Source of the DNA: Mobula hypostoma
Taxonomy: Eukaryota
Length of the DNA stretch: 64,000 bases
Direction: 5' to 3'
Assembly (NCBI RefSeq): GCF_963921235.1
Contig: NC_086097.1
Span: 173,478,001-173,542,000 of the forward strand
Below, piece by piece: positions 36,944 to 49,380 of this stretch; the first letter of the stretch is position 1, and each line of letters begins with the position of its first letter. The notes under the pieces are model-generated. The model made no database searches and was not told the DNA's origin. It saw only the letters and a program-made list of their open reading frames with translations. A program made the translations under genes and the position numbers.

Positions 36944-37734
36944 TTAAATTTACCTATGCCAACCAGGGTGCCTGCCAAATTAGCTCAAAGTTCAAAGTAA
37001 ATGTATTATCAAAGTACATATACATCACCACATACAACCATGAGATTTGTTTTTCTTGTGGGTATACACAGTAAATCCAATTAGTCCTATTTGTCTGCGT
37101 TTTACCCATATCCCTCTAAACCCCTCCTTGCCATGTGCTTATCCAAATGTGAATAACATCTTCCTGAAACAAAGACCTCATAAATCTTCTTTGTACTCTT
37201 TCAAAGATATCTTTCCGATTACAGGCTAAGCAAAAGTGTACACTATCCTTCAAGTGCAGTCTCACCAACATCTCGTACAACTGCAAGACTATCTTGTCAA
37301 CATTTAGTCAAAAGTATATTATTTAAGTGTGCCAGTCTGACATATGTATCATAAGGATTGCAGCCTTTGGGCATTGACGTGACAGAAAACAGGGGCAAGT
37401 AACTTCATCTGTCAGCGATCTCTATGCTCCTTCTGTTGAATCAGATTGCAGATGGTGTTGATTTAAACTCTAAATGGGTTCGCAGATCGTCATTCACCCA
37501 CTTTAAAGTGCATCACGCAACAAAATGGAAATTCTCTGGCCAGCTAATGAAATAACAGAAGGAGTACACTGTGCAGAGAAAATTCTGCAGGTAATTCACA
37601 AATTTACAAGCCAACTTTATTCTTTTTCAAATCCATCCATCTAAAATATTGATAACTAAATTTTAAAAACTACAATATGTAGCAATATTTGAAAGACGAT
37701 AACTCATTTTGCTCCTTCAATATTAAACACTGCA

Positions 37735-38550
37735 TTGCAATGATTTAGTTGGACATTGAGTCTCAATGTGGACAAGACCAAGGAAGTGATTGTGGGCTTT
37801 AGGAAGGTGCAAGCTGACAACTGCTCACTGCACATACATAGCTCCTACATGGAGAGTTAGGAACACCAAGTTTCTGGGAGTGCACATAATGGACAATCTC
37901 ACCTGGACTCTCAACACCACCTCTTTGGTGAAAAAACAACACAGCAGCATCTCCACTTCCTGAAGAGATTGATGTAAGTGAGGCATTCCCCCACCATTTT
38001 AACCAATTTTCACAGGAGCACCATCAAGAGAGCCCTGGCCAGCTGTGTCACCATCTGGTACAGGAATCGCAATGCATCTGACTGCAAGTCTCCAGAAAGA
38101 ATTACAAGAAATGCTAAGAGAATCATGAGGGTCTGTCTTCCAACCATTAGAGATATTTATCAGGAATGCTGCGCATGCAGGACCCTTAGCATTCTCAGTG
38201 ATCCCTCCCATCTGTCCAACAATCTCTGATCCCCTACCATCAGACAGGAGGTACCGTATCATCAAGACAAGAACTGTAGGATGGGAAACAGGTTCTTCCT
38301 GCAGTCTGTATGACTACTGAACCCCCTACCAACACCCAAGTATCATTAGGCAATGAAGCACCAGTGATGTTACATTGTTTATTTTTTTAACCTGTATTGT
38401 TTATGCACTTTATTAATTGCTAATTTATTTGTGTTAATATTACTTTATGTGGCATGTGTGTGAGTTATATGTACTGTGCTGTGCACCTTGGTCTGGAGAA
38501 ACATCTCGTTTAGTGGTATATCTGTTTATAGTTGAATGCAACTGAATTTG
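37735..38550 (+). mobile_element. Rex1/Babar 3' fragment
   Basis: LNVDKTKEVIVGFRK, KFLGVHI and LTNFHRSTIKRALASCVTIWY. Confidence 0.85.
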
Positions 38551-40275
38551 CATTTATTAGGTGATCTATTTTCTTGAACTTTAGTATTTAAGTTTTTCTT
38601 GATTGTTAGCCAACTGTAATGTCTTTTGACATAGCATTACACCAGCTAACCACACACATATAATCAATAAAATGTATGAATATAAACATGTTTTTCCCAC
38701 ATGGTCTTGTGAAGAACTTATGAATTAAGAACATGTGATCCTATTTATTAAACATTCCCTATAAGTCATAAACACAAACAATTATATTAATGAATTGAAT
38801 TTATGACAACATATTTACTTTCTGATCAAGTAAAGAATAAACTTAAACAATCTACAACTTCCACGGTCAGCAACTGTAGCAGAAATCTACATAAAACTTC
38901 AATCTAGAATGAGAAAACTATAGTCCAATTTCTGCTGCAAATTTGTTAACAAATTTGATAATCACCGAATTTCATTCAACCTTGACAATGGAAACTTAAG
39001 CTGTACCAGCTGTGTCCACAGGGTGACAGTGTGGTCTTGCAGAATCGTCAAAACATCATTGGCCACAGATATGCAATGAAAACTGCAGTCAGCAAAAGGA
39101 TGGAGGAATGGTGCATAAATTAAACTGCATCCATTAGCTTAACCTAAAATGGATTTAAGAAAGACATCCAAATTTGATAAAATTCAGTTCAGAAAGTTTT
39201 AAGAATATTGACATTTTCTCATAGCAAGCTTTAAGTCTTTGTCTTCATTTTTCAATCTATTAGATGCTCAAGTTATCAAAGTAACTTGCCTAAAGGCAAT
39301 CCAGAGATTCCCCAATATAATTTTAGAACACTTACATTTTATTGTAGCTCCTACCAAAACTATTTTCCAACTGTCACCACTGACCTTATAAGGCAAACAA
39401 TTTACTCCATTTTACAACTGAAATGAATTAGAATTTCACTTGTTCAACACTGGATTTTTATAGCAAGATTCCTCTGGCTGATCTGCCACATGTCAATTCA
39501 AAATAGCATGTGTGTAAATTGTTTAACAGTTCCAGTTAATGGACTATAACTAGCAGTTTGATTTGTGAAATTAAATATTCCTTTTGGCCAAACAGAACCA
39601 CAGCATATTAAAAGTTTTACAGCCATTCTTGAGAAGTCCCTTCAAGACTTGTTCTTACTGGTCACAGCTTGCATACCACAAGGATTCTTACTACCAGCAA
39701 TAACAACTTGACTTTTATAGCTCGGAACCCCTACACCTGCTGAGGTACTCTTAAGATACATTGAAGACTACATCAACAGGTGTAGGAGTAGTTTACTTGA
39801 CAGGATAATCAGCCATGGGAAGTCTCATAGGCCGAGGAGGCCTCCATACAATTTCTGGAGCTAAGATTAATTTTTCCCAAACCAGGTAAGTTACATTTGT
39901 ATTTGAAAAGATACCTGGGTGAGAAAGGCTAGAAAATTACAAGCAGTTTCAAATCTGGCCAAATCCTTATCTTTTACTAAGTAATTGTAGAGTTTAATAT
40001 ACTCAAGACAACAAGTGAAAACATGAAACATAAAACCTTGTGAAATGTAACTTTCGACTTCTGATGAGTAACTTAGTACTCTCTTTATCAAGTTTTAATT
40101 CTTCAATTTGTTTCTTTAGAAAATAAAAATGTCAGAAATGTGTTTGCAATGGATTATGAAGGAGAGTAAGCTGGACTTGTGCCAGAACATTAAAGGTTTC
40201 TCTAGGAAGAACACCACTTACAAGAGCTTAAGGATGGACCAAGTCAGCATGTATGAATGTATTGGACCTGTATTT

Positions 40276-41415
40276 ACATAGAACATAGAACAGTACAGCA
40301 CAATACAGGCCCTTTGGCCCACAATGTTATGCCGACCCTTAAACCCTGCCTCCCATATAACCCCCACCTTAAATTCCTCCATATACCTGTCTAGTAGTCT
40401 GTTAGACTTCAGGAGTGTATCTGCCTCCACCACTAACTCAGGCAGTGCATTCTACGCACCAACCATTCTCTGAGTAAAAAACCTTCCTCTCATATCCCCC
40501 TTGAACTTCCCACCCTTTACCTTAAAGCCATATCCTCTTGTACTGAACAGTGGTGCCCTGGGGAAGAGGCGTTGGCTGTCCACTCTAACTATTCCTCTTA
40601 ATATTTTGTATACCTCTATCATGTCTCCTCTCATCCTCCTTCTCTTCAAAGAGTAAAGCCCTAGCTCCCTTAATCTCTGATCATAATGCATACTCTCTAA
40701 ACCAGGCAGCATCCTGGTAAATCTCCTCTGTACCCTTTCCAATGCTTCCACATCCTTCCTATAGTGAGGTGACCAGACTGGACACAGTACTCCAAGTGTG
40801 GCCTAACCAGAGTTTTATACAGCGGCATCATTACATCACAACTCTTAAACTCTATCCCTCGACTTATGAAAGCTAACACCCCATAAGCTTTCTTGACCAC
40901 CCTATCCACTTGTAAGGCAACTTTCAGGGATCTGTGGACATGTACCCCCAGATCCCTCTGCTCCTCCACACTGCCAAGTGTCCTGCCATTTACTTTGTAC
41001 TCTGCCTTGAAGTTCGTCCTTCCAAAATGTACCACCTCACACTTCTCCGGGTTGAACTCCATCTGCCACTTCTCAGCCCACTTCTGCATCCTATCAATGT
41101 CTCTCTGCAATCTTCGACAATACTCTACACTAGCCACAGCACTATCAACCTTTGTGTCGTCTGCAAACTTGCCAACCCACCCTTCTACCCCCACATCCAG
41201 GTCGTTAATAAAAATCACAAAAAGTAGAGGTCCCAGAACTGATCCTTGTGGGACACCAATAGTCACAACCCTCCGATCCAAATGTACTCCCTCTGCTTTC
41301 TGCAGGCAAGCCAATTCTGAATCCACCTGGCCAAACTTCCCTGGATCCCATGCCTTCTGACTTTCTGAATAAGCCTACCATGTGGAACCTTGTCAAATGC
41401 CTTACTAAAATCCAT
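40276..41415 (-). mobile_element. Young CR1 3' fragment (RT)
   Basis: ORFs 40697-41326 (GVPQGSVLGPLLF, KFADDTK, RPHLEYCVQ) and 40452-40751; (CATAGAA) tail. Confidence 0.95.
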
Positions 41416-43099
41416 TTAAATCTTAGGAACCACAATAATTCAAACATATAATTCTAAATTATTTTCTTGTCCACTAGCCTGCTCATAAGTCAAGCTTATT
41501 TTCTGTGATAAGCAGAGATGAAACAAATTATCCATCCCTTTACAAATTGAACTTTGGAATAGAATCTTTTTATGAGCAGTTACATTTGTCTTTCTGCTGG
41601 GTTGGGCAGGTTTCACCAATTAAATTCAAATTTGAGTTAACAAGGGTAGAATATCAATAAAATCTATGGTCTATTAAATTGCATAAATTGGTAGAGAAGC
41701 TTTTCATGAAACACAACCAGAAAATTGGGAGGTTTGTAAATCTAGTCCCTAGACTGCTTTTCATATTCAGTACAATGAACAAGTATTAAATTTAACTTAC
41801 ATTGAACACCAGACAGGACATACTGTATAACATTAGCCAAACTTACAATCAGACTTTAGACTCCTAAAAAAAAAGGTTGAAGGAATGCAGACTTCTGTAC
41901 AGTTACCATTACTTGCATATTAATAGTTGAAATTACATTCAAACTGCCTTAATAGCATCACTCTTTATGTCTCCAGTGAGACAACTAAAATCACTGCAGT
42001 TGCCCAGATGTTAAGAGTTTTGGAGGGTGGAAACAGAGTGAACTAAAATTTGCTGATATTGTCCCACTAATAAATGTTTCACCAGAAAAACATTGGAGTG
42101 ATGAAGAGCCATTTACAGTGCTATATTCCATAATAAGACTCGAACAAATGCTCTTGGAAAAAAAAAGCAGCATTATTTGTAAACTAGGAGTTATACCCAT
42201 ATCCCTTACTTCCACAGCATTAAGTGAGTGAGGGAGCAGTAAAATTAGTCTTTTAAAACTGCAGCAAGCACTTCAGCTTGACAAGCACACCAATCACAAA
42301 TTATACCACAAATCCATAGGCAACTTTTCTCAAAATTTATGTTAATAGAGTTGAAGAAATTAAACAATATATACCTTACAGTTCTTAAGGATTATACTCA
42401 ATGTAACACCACACTTCTAAACCCAAAAAGTTACATTCATAGTAAAGTAATAGTGATAAAGTCATGCACAGAAACAAGCCCTCTGCCCAGTATCTAAACT
42501 GGTCTTCAAGCACCCAAATACATCATCTTATTTTATTTTTTCATCTGAAATCTATCAATTTTAAACATGATGACAAATACTCTATGGTGTAATATGTTAC
42601 ATTTCTTTGTGATGACTGAAATGTTTATGAGCTAGAAGAATTTCAAATTAGTTGACTAGGTATCAAAATCCAATGAGGACATAAGTTTTCTCTTCTGTGT
42701 TCATATCCAAATCCAGAAGTCGAAACAAACTTATTTCCCATGCACATACTATCTAATCAGATCACAATGTCAACATTGACAGCCGATCTTATTTTTATTA
42801 ACGTACTGAACATAGGTGTCAGTAGTGCACAATTACTGCTGAGCTTACGATTAAGGCAGCCTTGGCAAAGAATACTTGCAGATTGTACAGGTTGCCCCAG
42901 GTGTCTGTTTTTGTGAATCGTTCATACCCTAAACATTCCACAAGTTGGAAATGCAGCTATAGACTAAGTTCGCAGGTGGCAGAAATGCCTGCAACCCTGA
43001 TACCACCCAGCAAATGCACACTGCCGGTCTCCCAAATGCACTTGTATGTACAGCCTTGTACATGAGTTGGGCATTGGGAATCAAAGGACGAGCTGTACG

Positions 43100-43640
43100 T
43101 TCTGTAGTTACAAGCTATCAGTGCTAGAGGGAGCACTAGGCTTCGGTGGTGAGTGGGATGCCAGTCAAGCAGACAGCTTTGTCCTGTACAATGTTTGAAC
43201 CTGGTTTTGGTGGAAACTCGCATGCTCACTTGGGCAAGCGGTGAATACTTTTGACCACCGAATTCTAATCTGATCCTCACTATTGTGCGATTAAGCAACT
43301 CTGGCACTGTGGCTGGTTTTGCATATTAGCATACATGTCTTCCTATGATTCGATCTTGCAAGCTTCATCACAGTTTAGAAATACCTAAAGCTATTCCCAG
43401 TATATCACTCTCCATGCCTCACTGAATAGGTTGGTATGCTTTTTTAATGATAAGGATAGGATGGAGGGATATACTGAGCCACATCACTACAAGGATGCCT
43501 GGCTTAGTTTGCTTTGAATTCATTCCACTTAATATGACGGTACTGCTAAACAACATGACAGAGGTAGGTCCTTTGTATGAAGATGAGATTTTGCAGAAAT
43601 GCCATGGACATATGCACATACACATACAATCCTGAAGATG
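43100..43640 (-). mobile_element. Old CR1-group LINE fragment (same group as 34070-36295)
   Basis: GGATGCCAGTCAAGCAGACAGCTTTGTCCTG...GGGCAAGCGGTGAATAC, the reverse complement of the segment around 34890/36045. Confidence 0.45.
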
Positions 43641-43945
43641 TACAGCAATTAAGTAGCAGTGGATAACAAACCTGCACCACTGATCCAGGGAGAGAAGTTA
43701 AAATCTCACAGTGGCAACTGGAGAAGTTAAGTTAATTGCAAAGATCTGTAATGAAAACCTGACTTAAATAAAGGCAATTGTGAACCTATTGCATTGCTGT
43801 AAAATCTGCTGTCATTGAAGTGAGGAATTTGACTATTATTACCTGGCTTGTCCTGAATGTGATTTCAGACCGACTAATTCCTCATCAGATCAGGGGTCAG
43901 CAGGGAATGGAAAACCAGGCTTTTCCACATCCAATGATTGAATAG
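43640..43945 (+). mobile_element. tRNA-derived SINE (family of 33235-33560)
   Basis: AAATCTCACAGTGGCAACTGG...CACATCCAATGATTGAAT. Confidence 0.5.
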
Positions 43946-44038
43946 AAGTTCAAAATATCAAGTAAATTTATGGCTCCTGTTGGTTTGTTCACCTCCTGCC
44001 TAGTCAAAAAAAAAGCTAACATATGAAGATTGGAAGTA

Positions 44039-44400
44039 CAAGGGGTGATTGATAAGTTCATGGCCTAAGCTAGAAGGAGTCAATTTTAGAAAACCTGGCA
44101 CATTTATTTTTCCTACATTTACACACTTAGTCCAGCGGTCATGGAGCATTAGGGTCCCTTCTTTCTGGAAGTCGGCGTCTTGGACCTCCAGAAAGTGGTC
44201 CACAGCAGGGGTGATTGATAAGTTTGTAGCCCAAGGTAGAAGGAGATGAGTTATTAACTTCAAACTTTCTGCATTTTCACTCAAAGAGTTGAACTGCAAA
44301 GGCATTAACGAGAGCTGTACAACTCATCTCCTTCTACCTTAGGCCACGAACTTACCTGGTGGTCCAAGACACTCTCGTTACATGCACGTGCCATAGGAAT
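44039..44400 (-). mobile_element. Mariner-derived non-autonomous element
   Basis: TA|CAAGGGGTGATTGATAAGTTC TIR; minus strand encodes a mariner C-terminus AVDHFLEVQDADFQKEGTLMLHDRWTKCVNVG; further TIR copies at 44207-44250 and (inverted) 44323-44354. Confidence 0.75.
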
Positions 44401-44504
44401 AGCATATTCAAAGGTCTCAAAGGTACAATTTAATGTCAGAGAAATGTATACAATATACATTCTGAAATGCTTTTTCTTCCAGTTAAGTTCCGGTTAAGCT
44501 GGCA

Positions 44505-45197
44505 CTTCATACAACATTTCCACAGTCGACATCTTCTGGATAGCTCAGGAAACTATTCATTTTGCTTCTTTTATATCTTTTATGTCTATTTTTTGTCTTG
44601 AATCTGTTTTTGGAACTGTTGGAGCCTGTGATTTGCAGTTTAGAGATTGATCCAGAGCTTTGCTGTCTCCGAGAGGATACCGGGAGGTAGAGGCAGCAAA
44701 CACGGGCCTTGTGGTGAGGAGACTGCGGGATGGGGCACGAGCCGATGTTCAACTCCATTTTGCTGATTAAAGCTTCCATTGATCACCAATTAAAGCGATG
44801 AGGGAAATTGAAACATGGTGGCGAATGCAAAAGGTGAGCACCGGTTGCCTGCCTTCTGATGACTGGTGGGATCGCTCTGCTACCGGAAAGGGGAGACCCG
44901 CCTTTTGATCACTGTTGAGATCACTGCTACCGGAGAGGGAAGCCTGTGTGCCTGGAGAATGTTACCCAGGCTTTTCTGCATTTTGGATATGGATATGGAC
45001 TTGGACAATGGACTATGGAATTTTTCCAGTCTTAACGTTTTTTAACATTGTGTTTTTCGCCCAATCTTTTTCTTTTTTGTCTAGGGGAGGGGGATACGAG
45101 GGTTGATTACATTCTTTTCTTTCTTGGTTTCGTGACTACCTGGAGAAGAAGAATTTCAGAGTTGTACACTTTGATTATAAATGGACCTTTGAACTAT
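44505..45197 (+). mobile_element. Non-autonomous retroelement with a Rex1/Babar-type tail
   Basis: GC-rich non-coding body; ends GGAGAAGAAGAATTTCAGAGTTGTA...ATAAATGGACCTTTGAAC. Confidence 0.5.
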
Positions 45198-46091
45198 TTA
45201 GGAAAAAGTGTGATGAAGGTTACAGAAGATCACAGAAAAATGTTAAAACAAAAAAAAATTAAAACAGGACCATTAACCATAACTTAGTCAAATGAGCACG
45301 CAAAATTTAGTGCAGTATAGATAGAAAGTGCAGAGAGGCAAGGCTACGTTTCAGCAGTATTGAATAACCTTGGCTTAATTCAGCAAAAGCTTTATCCTCT
45401 TTCTGTCCATAAAACCTAGACTCTAAATCCATTGTCAGGAATTTTGAACTATTTTCTGAGCTTGAACTAATTACAATTTAAAGGAGACTTAAGAAACAAA
45501 CTGTTTAAGCTGTTGCCAAGTTATTCTTTACTAGCTCATTCAGACCTTATGTGGGTCTGCTGGGATCTTCAAAGGATTTTTTTTTACCAATTAAGTTTAA
45601 ATTTGTGCAAGGAGTGCTGACATTTTTGAAAAGAATAGCTCACAAGACTAACAAAAATTATCCCAGCAATAATCATCAATCTTACTAAAATTACATTGTG
45701 AAAACACCACTAATCCATACACATCAAATCAGCAAAGGTAATAGCATAGAGTCATAATCCTTCGAGGAGTACTCCCAAGAGTTTTGCGTGAAAATGTTTT
45801 CTTCGGTATAGTGTCAGTTAACACATATTTAGTTCATTATTATTTTCACTGTGCGATTATTCATTAGAAGTTATTAAGATCCTTTGAGATGAGTCTCAAC
45901 GAATTCAGAAGGGCTTGACAATTACATTTATTAAAGATCTTCTGTCATATTTAAGTGGAATTTATGGCAATAGTTTACTTGCTTTCTAATCCAATGTAGA
46001 GCAACAGGAATGTACAACAATCACTAGAACTTCAACAAATGCAATAAAATAAACAGAAGTACAACTGAAGCGAAATGGTAAAAAAAAATCA

Positions 46092-46190
46092 TCACACTCA
46101 AAATGCTGGAGGAACTCAGTGGGCCAGGTAGCATCTATGGAAAAGAGTACAGTCCACGTTTTAGGAACAGACCCGTCAGCAGGACTATTT
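46092..46190 (-). mobile_element. Penelope terminal module with decayed hammerhead
   Basis: AAAATGCTGGAGGAACTCAG...CAGTCCACGTTTTAGG...CAGCAGGACT. Confidence 0.75.
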
Positions 46191-46509
46191 CCCACCCACC
46201 TACCCACCACACACGCACTACTCCAACGTTAGGACTCTATATTGATGAAAGAAAGGAATATGTGTACATGTCTCTCATCTTTTTTAATGGTTGGGTTTAC
46301 TTTAAATTGTCCTACCAATCATTTTGGTGTCAACAATTATTCAATGGGTCTGTGGCATTACTGGAGAAATTCGCTACCTGAAATACGGAAATTCAATGTT
46401 CATAGCATTGGGCTGCAGGCCACCGCAGTGGAATATGAGCTGTTGATCCTCTTGTTGAGATGTTACAGTGCAACTTTACAAAATACTGGTTAGGATACAC
46501 TTGAGCACT

Positions 46510-46850
46510 TTCCCATCCCCTTTTCCGTCTCTCACCTCATCTTCTTGCCCACCCATTGCATCCTCTCTAGTGTTCCACACCCCTTTTTCTTTCTTCCATG
46601 GCCTTCTGTCTCTTTCACCAATCAACTTCCCAGCTCTTTACTTCATCCCTCCCCCTTCAGGTTTCACCTATCACCTGGTGTTTCTCTCTCCCTCCCCCCA
46701 CCTTTTAAATCTACTCAAATTTTTTTCTCCAGTTCTGCCGAAGGGTTTCGGCCGGAAATGTCGACTGTACTTTTTTCCATAGATGTTGAGTTCCTCCAGC
46801 ATTCTGTGTGTTTTGCTCAGATTTCCAGCATCTGCAGGTTTTCTCTTGTT
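46510..46850 (+). mobile_element. Penelope 3' UTR plus terminal module with hammerhead motif
   Basis: CAGTTCTGCCGAAGGGTTTCGGCCGGAAATGTCGACTG (46730-46767), then GAGTTCCTCCAGCATT. Confidence 0.8.
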
Positions 46851-47080
46851 TTCAATTCCAGCCGCTACCTGTAGGAAGTTTGTATATTCTCCCCGTGACC
46901 GTGTGGGTTTCCTCCAGGTGCTCCAGTTTCCTCCCACAATCCAAAGACACACCTGTTGGTAGGTTAAATGGTCGTTGTAAACTGTCCCATAATTAGGTTA
47001 GGATTAAATTGGGGAATTACTGGGCAGCGAGGATAAAAGAGCCAGACAACATACTCAAAGCTGTATTTCAAAAATAAAAA
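46851..47080 (+). mobile_element. V-SINE (HE1-like), 5'-truncated
   Basis: TTCTCCCCGTGACCGTGTGGGTTTCCTCCAGGTGCTCCAGTTTCCTCCCACAATCCAAAGAC. Confidence 0.85.
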
Positions 47081-47182
47081 GAAATTTCAGAAGAGTATAG
47101 TCAACGCTTCTGGCTGAGACTCTTCATCAGAAAGGTTCTTCATCAGGAATGTTATTTTCATTAACATTAATAATAATGGATT

Positions 47183-47489
47183 GTTGGCGAGTGGCCAAGT
47201 GGTTAAGGCATCAGTCTAGTGATCTGAAGGTCGCTAGTTCAAGCCTCAGCTGAGGCAGCATGTTGTGTCCTTGAGCAAGACACTTAACTACACATTGCTC
47301 TGCAACAACACCGGTGCCAAGCTGTATCAGCCCTAGTGCCCTTCCCTTGGACAACCTCGGTGGCGTGGAGGGGGGAGACTTGCAGCATGGGCAACTGCCA
47401 GTCTTCCATACAACCTTGCCCAGGCCTGCGCCCTGGAAATTCTTCCAAGGCACAAATCCATGGTCTCACTAGACTAACGGATGCCTTTA
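47183..47489 (+). mobile_element. Full-length tRNA-derived SINE
   Basis: A box TGGCCAAGTGG and B box AGTTCAAGCC; TGTCCTTGAGCAAG core; 14-bp TSD AATAATAATGGATT (47169-47182, 47490-47503). Confidence 0.9.
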
Positions 47490-47877
47490 AATAATAATGG
47501 ATTAAATGCTAAACTATTCGGATTTGAAAAAAAATGTCGTCAATGATTCGATGGAGTTGGGCATCAATCTGAGTGATGAAGAGAACAAAACACTAACAAA
47601 GTATCAGGTTTATCACATAATGAGTTATCTTAAGCTCAACTATAAAATTAGTTCAGTTGCTCGCATTCTCATATCACACATCAGTCACAGTCAAAATCGA
47701 GGTTGGTTCTCCACAGTCTTCACAAAGTGTAATCAATATGACACCCCTCTCAAGTAAATACAAAAGGATTTATGGCTGTATCTTGAAGAAAACTGTTTGC
47801 TTATTACCTACTAACAGTAATACATAAACATAGTTGTTTAGATTCATTGGTATTCTGATTTAACTACTGCATTAGAC

Positions 47878-48425
47878 AACACACACAAAATGCTGGAGGA
47901 AATCATCAAGTTAGGCAGCAACTATGGAAATAAATAAACAGTCAACATTTCAGGCCAAGACTCTTCTTCAGGACTGGAAAGGCAGGAAGAAGATGGCAGA
48001 ATAAAAAGGTGGGCACAGGGGAAGGAGAATAGCTAGAAGGTCATAGGCGAAGCCAGGTGGGTAGGAAAGTTAAAGAGTTGAAGAGGAAGGAATCTGATAG
48101 GAGAGGAGAGTGGACCATAGGAGAAAGGAATAAAGGAGTGTATCTAGGAGAAGGTGATAGGCAGGTGTAGGGCTGTTTGGGGCCCTGAATGCAGGTGAGG
48201 TAGGAGGTGAACGGGCACATGTACCACTTAGGCTGCTTGCAGGGATAAGTGCTGGGAGGAAGACTAGTGGGACATGACGAAAGGATAAGGGAATCATGGT
48301 GGGAGCAATCCCGCAGAAAGTGGGTTATTCGGGGTGGGAGGGGAGGAAAGGTAAAGATATGTTCAGTGGTAGGATCCCTTTGGAGATGACGAAAGTTGCA
48401 GAGGATGATGTGTGGATTAGACTCT
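47878..48425 (-). mobile_element. Penelope-like element with internal deletion (terminal module, 3' UTR, linker fragment)
   Basis: Terminal module as above; GGGCTGTTTGGGGCCCTGAAT and AGGATCCC..TGGAGATGACGAAAGTTGC match the reverse complement of 22170-22410. Confidence 0.8.
47939..47976 (-). ncRNA. Minimal type I hammerhead ribozyme motif, best-preserved core in the window
   Basis: Minus strand: CAGTC-CTGAAGA-AGAGTCTTGGCCT-GAAAT-GTT-GACTG; 5-bp stem I, CUGANGA and GAAA intact, GUU triplet. Confidence 0.65.
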
Positions 48426-48429
48426 GGAG

Positions 48430-48715
48430 ACCCTTACTATTGATTGAGAAATACAAGTTCAAACATGAGTACAAATCCTGCAATGTAGTTGTGGAATTTA
48501 AATTCAAACAGGGATAAAACTTATTTCAGTAACTTGAACCAGGAAAATTACCTGAATATATTATTGGCACTAATGCTTTTCCAAGAAAAGGATTCTGCCC
48601 TTCTTTCCCAATTCATGTGATTTTGACCCCAGAGACACTGGATGGTAGTTTAACAATAAATATTAGTCTAGCCAATAATGCCTACATCCCATGAATGAAG
48701 AAATTAAAAAAAAAT
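48430..48715 (+). mobile_element. tRNA-derived SINE (family of 33235-33560)
   Basis: CATGAGTACAAATCC...GGAATTTAAATTCA...CCTACATCCCATGAATGAAGAAATTAAAAAAA. Confidence 0.6.
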
Positions 48716-49004
48716 CCTTGCACAAGTTTGATGAACCCTTGATTGCGTTTCAAATGTACGTCATTAGCTGCAAATAGTAAAAGGGTATTACATACAGATC
48801 TTCCTCTTATTCTCAAACTTTCACAACTGCTGTCTTGTACACATGCAACCAACCCAACATTAGTTATCACCTTCAGGAACTATAGTTATAATTATAACTA
48901 TAATTAAGTGATCTAATTCTATATACAGACTTTATCCTCAAAACACTTAATGATTTTGTTGTTATAACAGAAGTAGAGGATCATTAAAATACTTAGAGAG
49001 AACT

Positions 49005-49380
49005 GCCACTAATCCTCATCAACAATCAATCACAGAGGACATCTTCAAGAGGTGTTTCCTCATGAAACAGCACCCATCACTAAGGAATTTCACCATCCAT
49101 AACATGCCCTCTTCTCATTACTACAATTGGGGAGGAGGTCTAGAAGCCTGAAGAACCAGCATCAATAATTCAGAAACAGCTTCTTCCACTTTGCCATCAG
49201 GTTTCTGAAGCATCCATGAATCCATGAACACTGCTTCATTATTCCTTTGTTGCACTATTTATTTATTTTTGTAACTTACAGTAATTTAATTTCTTTGCAC
49301 TGTATTGTTAATGCAGCACAACAAATTTCATGGCATGTAAATCAGTGATAATAAATCTGATCTGATTGGATTCTGATTTT
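49005..49380 (+). mobile_element. Rex1/Babar 3' fragment
   Basis: HHP*HALFSLLQLGRR; (TCTGAT)n tail after AATAAA. Confidence 0.8.

Noticed and set aside
39925..40010. Minus-strand open segment YIKLYNYLVKDKDLARFETACNFLAFLTQ
   Set aside because: Weak GAG acceptor and GTATCT donor; no recognisable protein
47183..47257. tRNA gene
   Set aside because: tRNA-like head continues into a SINE body flanked by a 14-bp TSD
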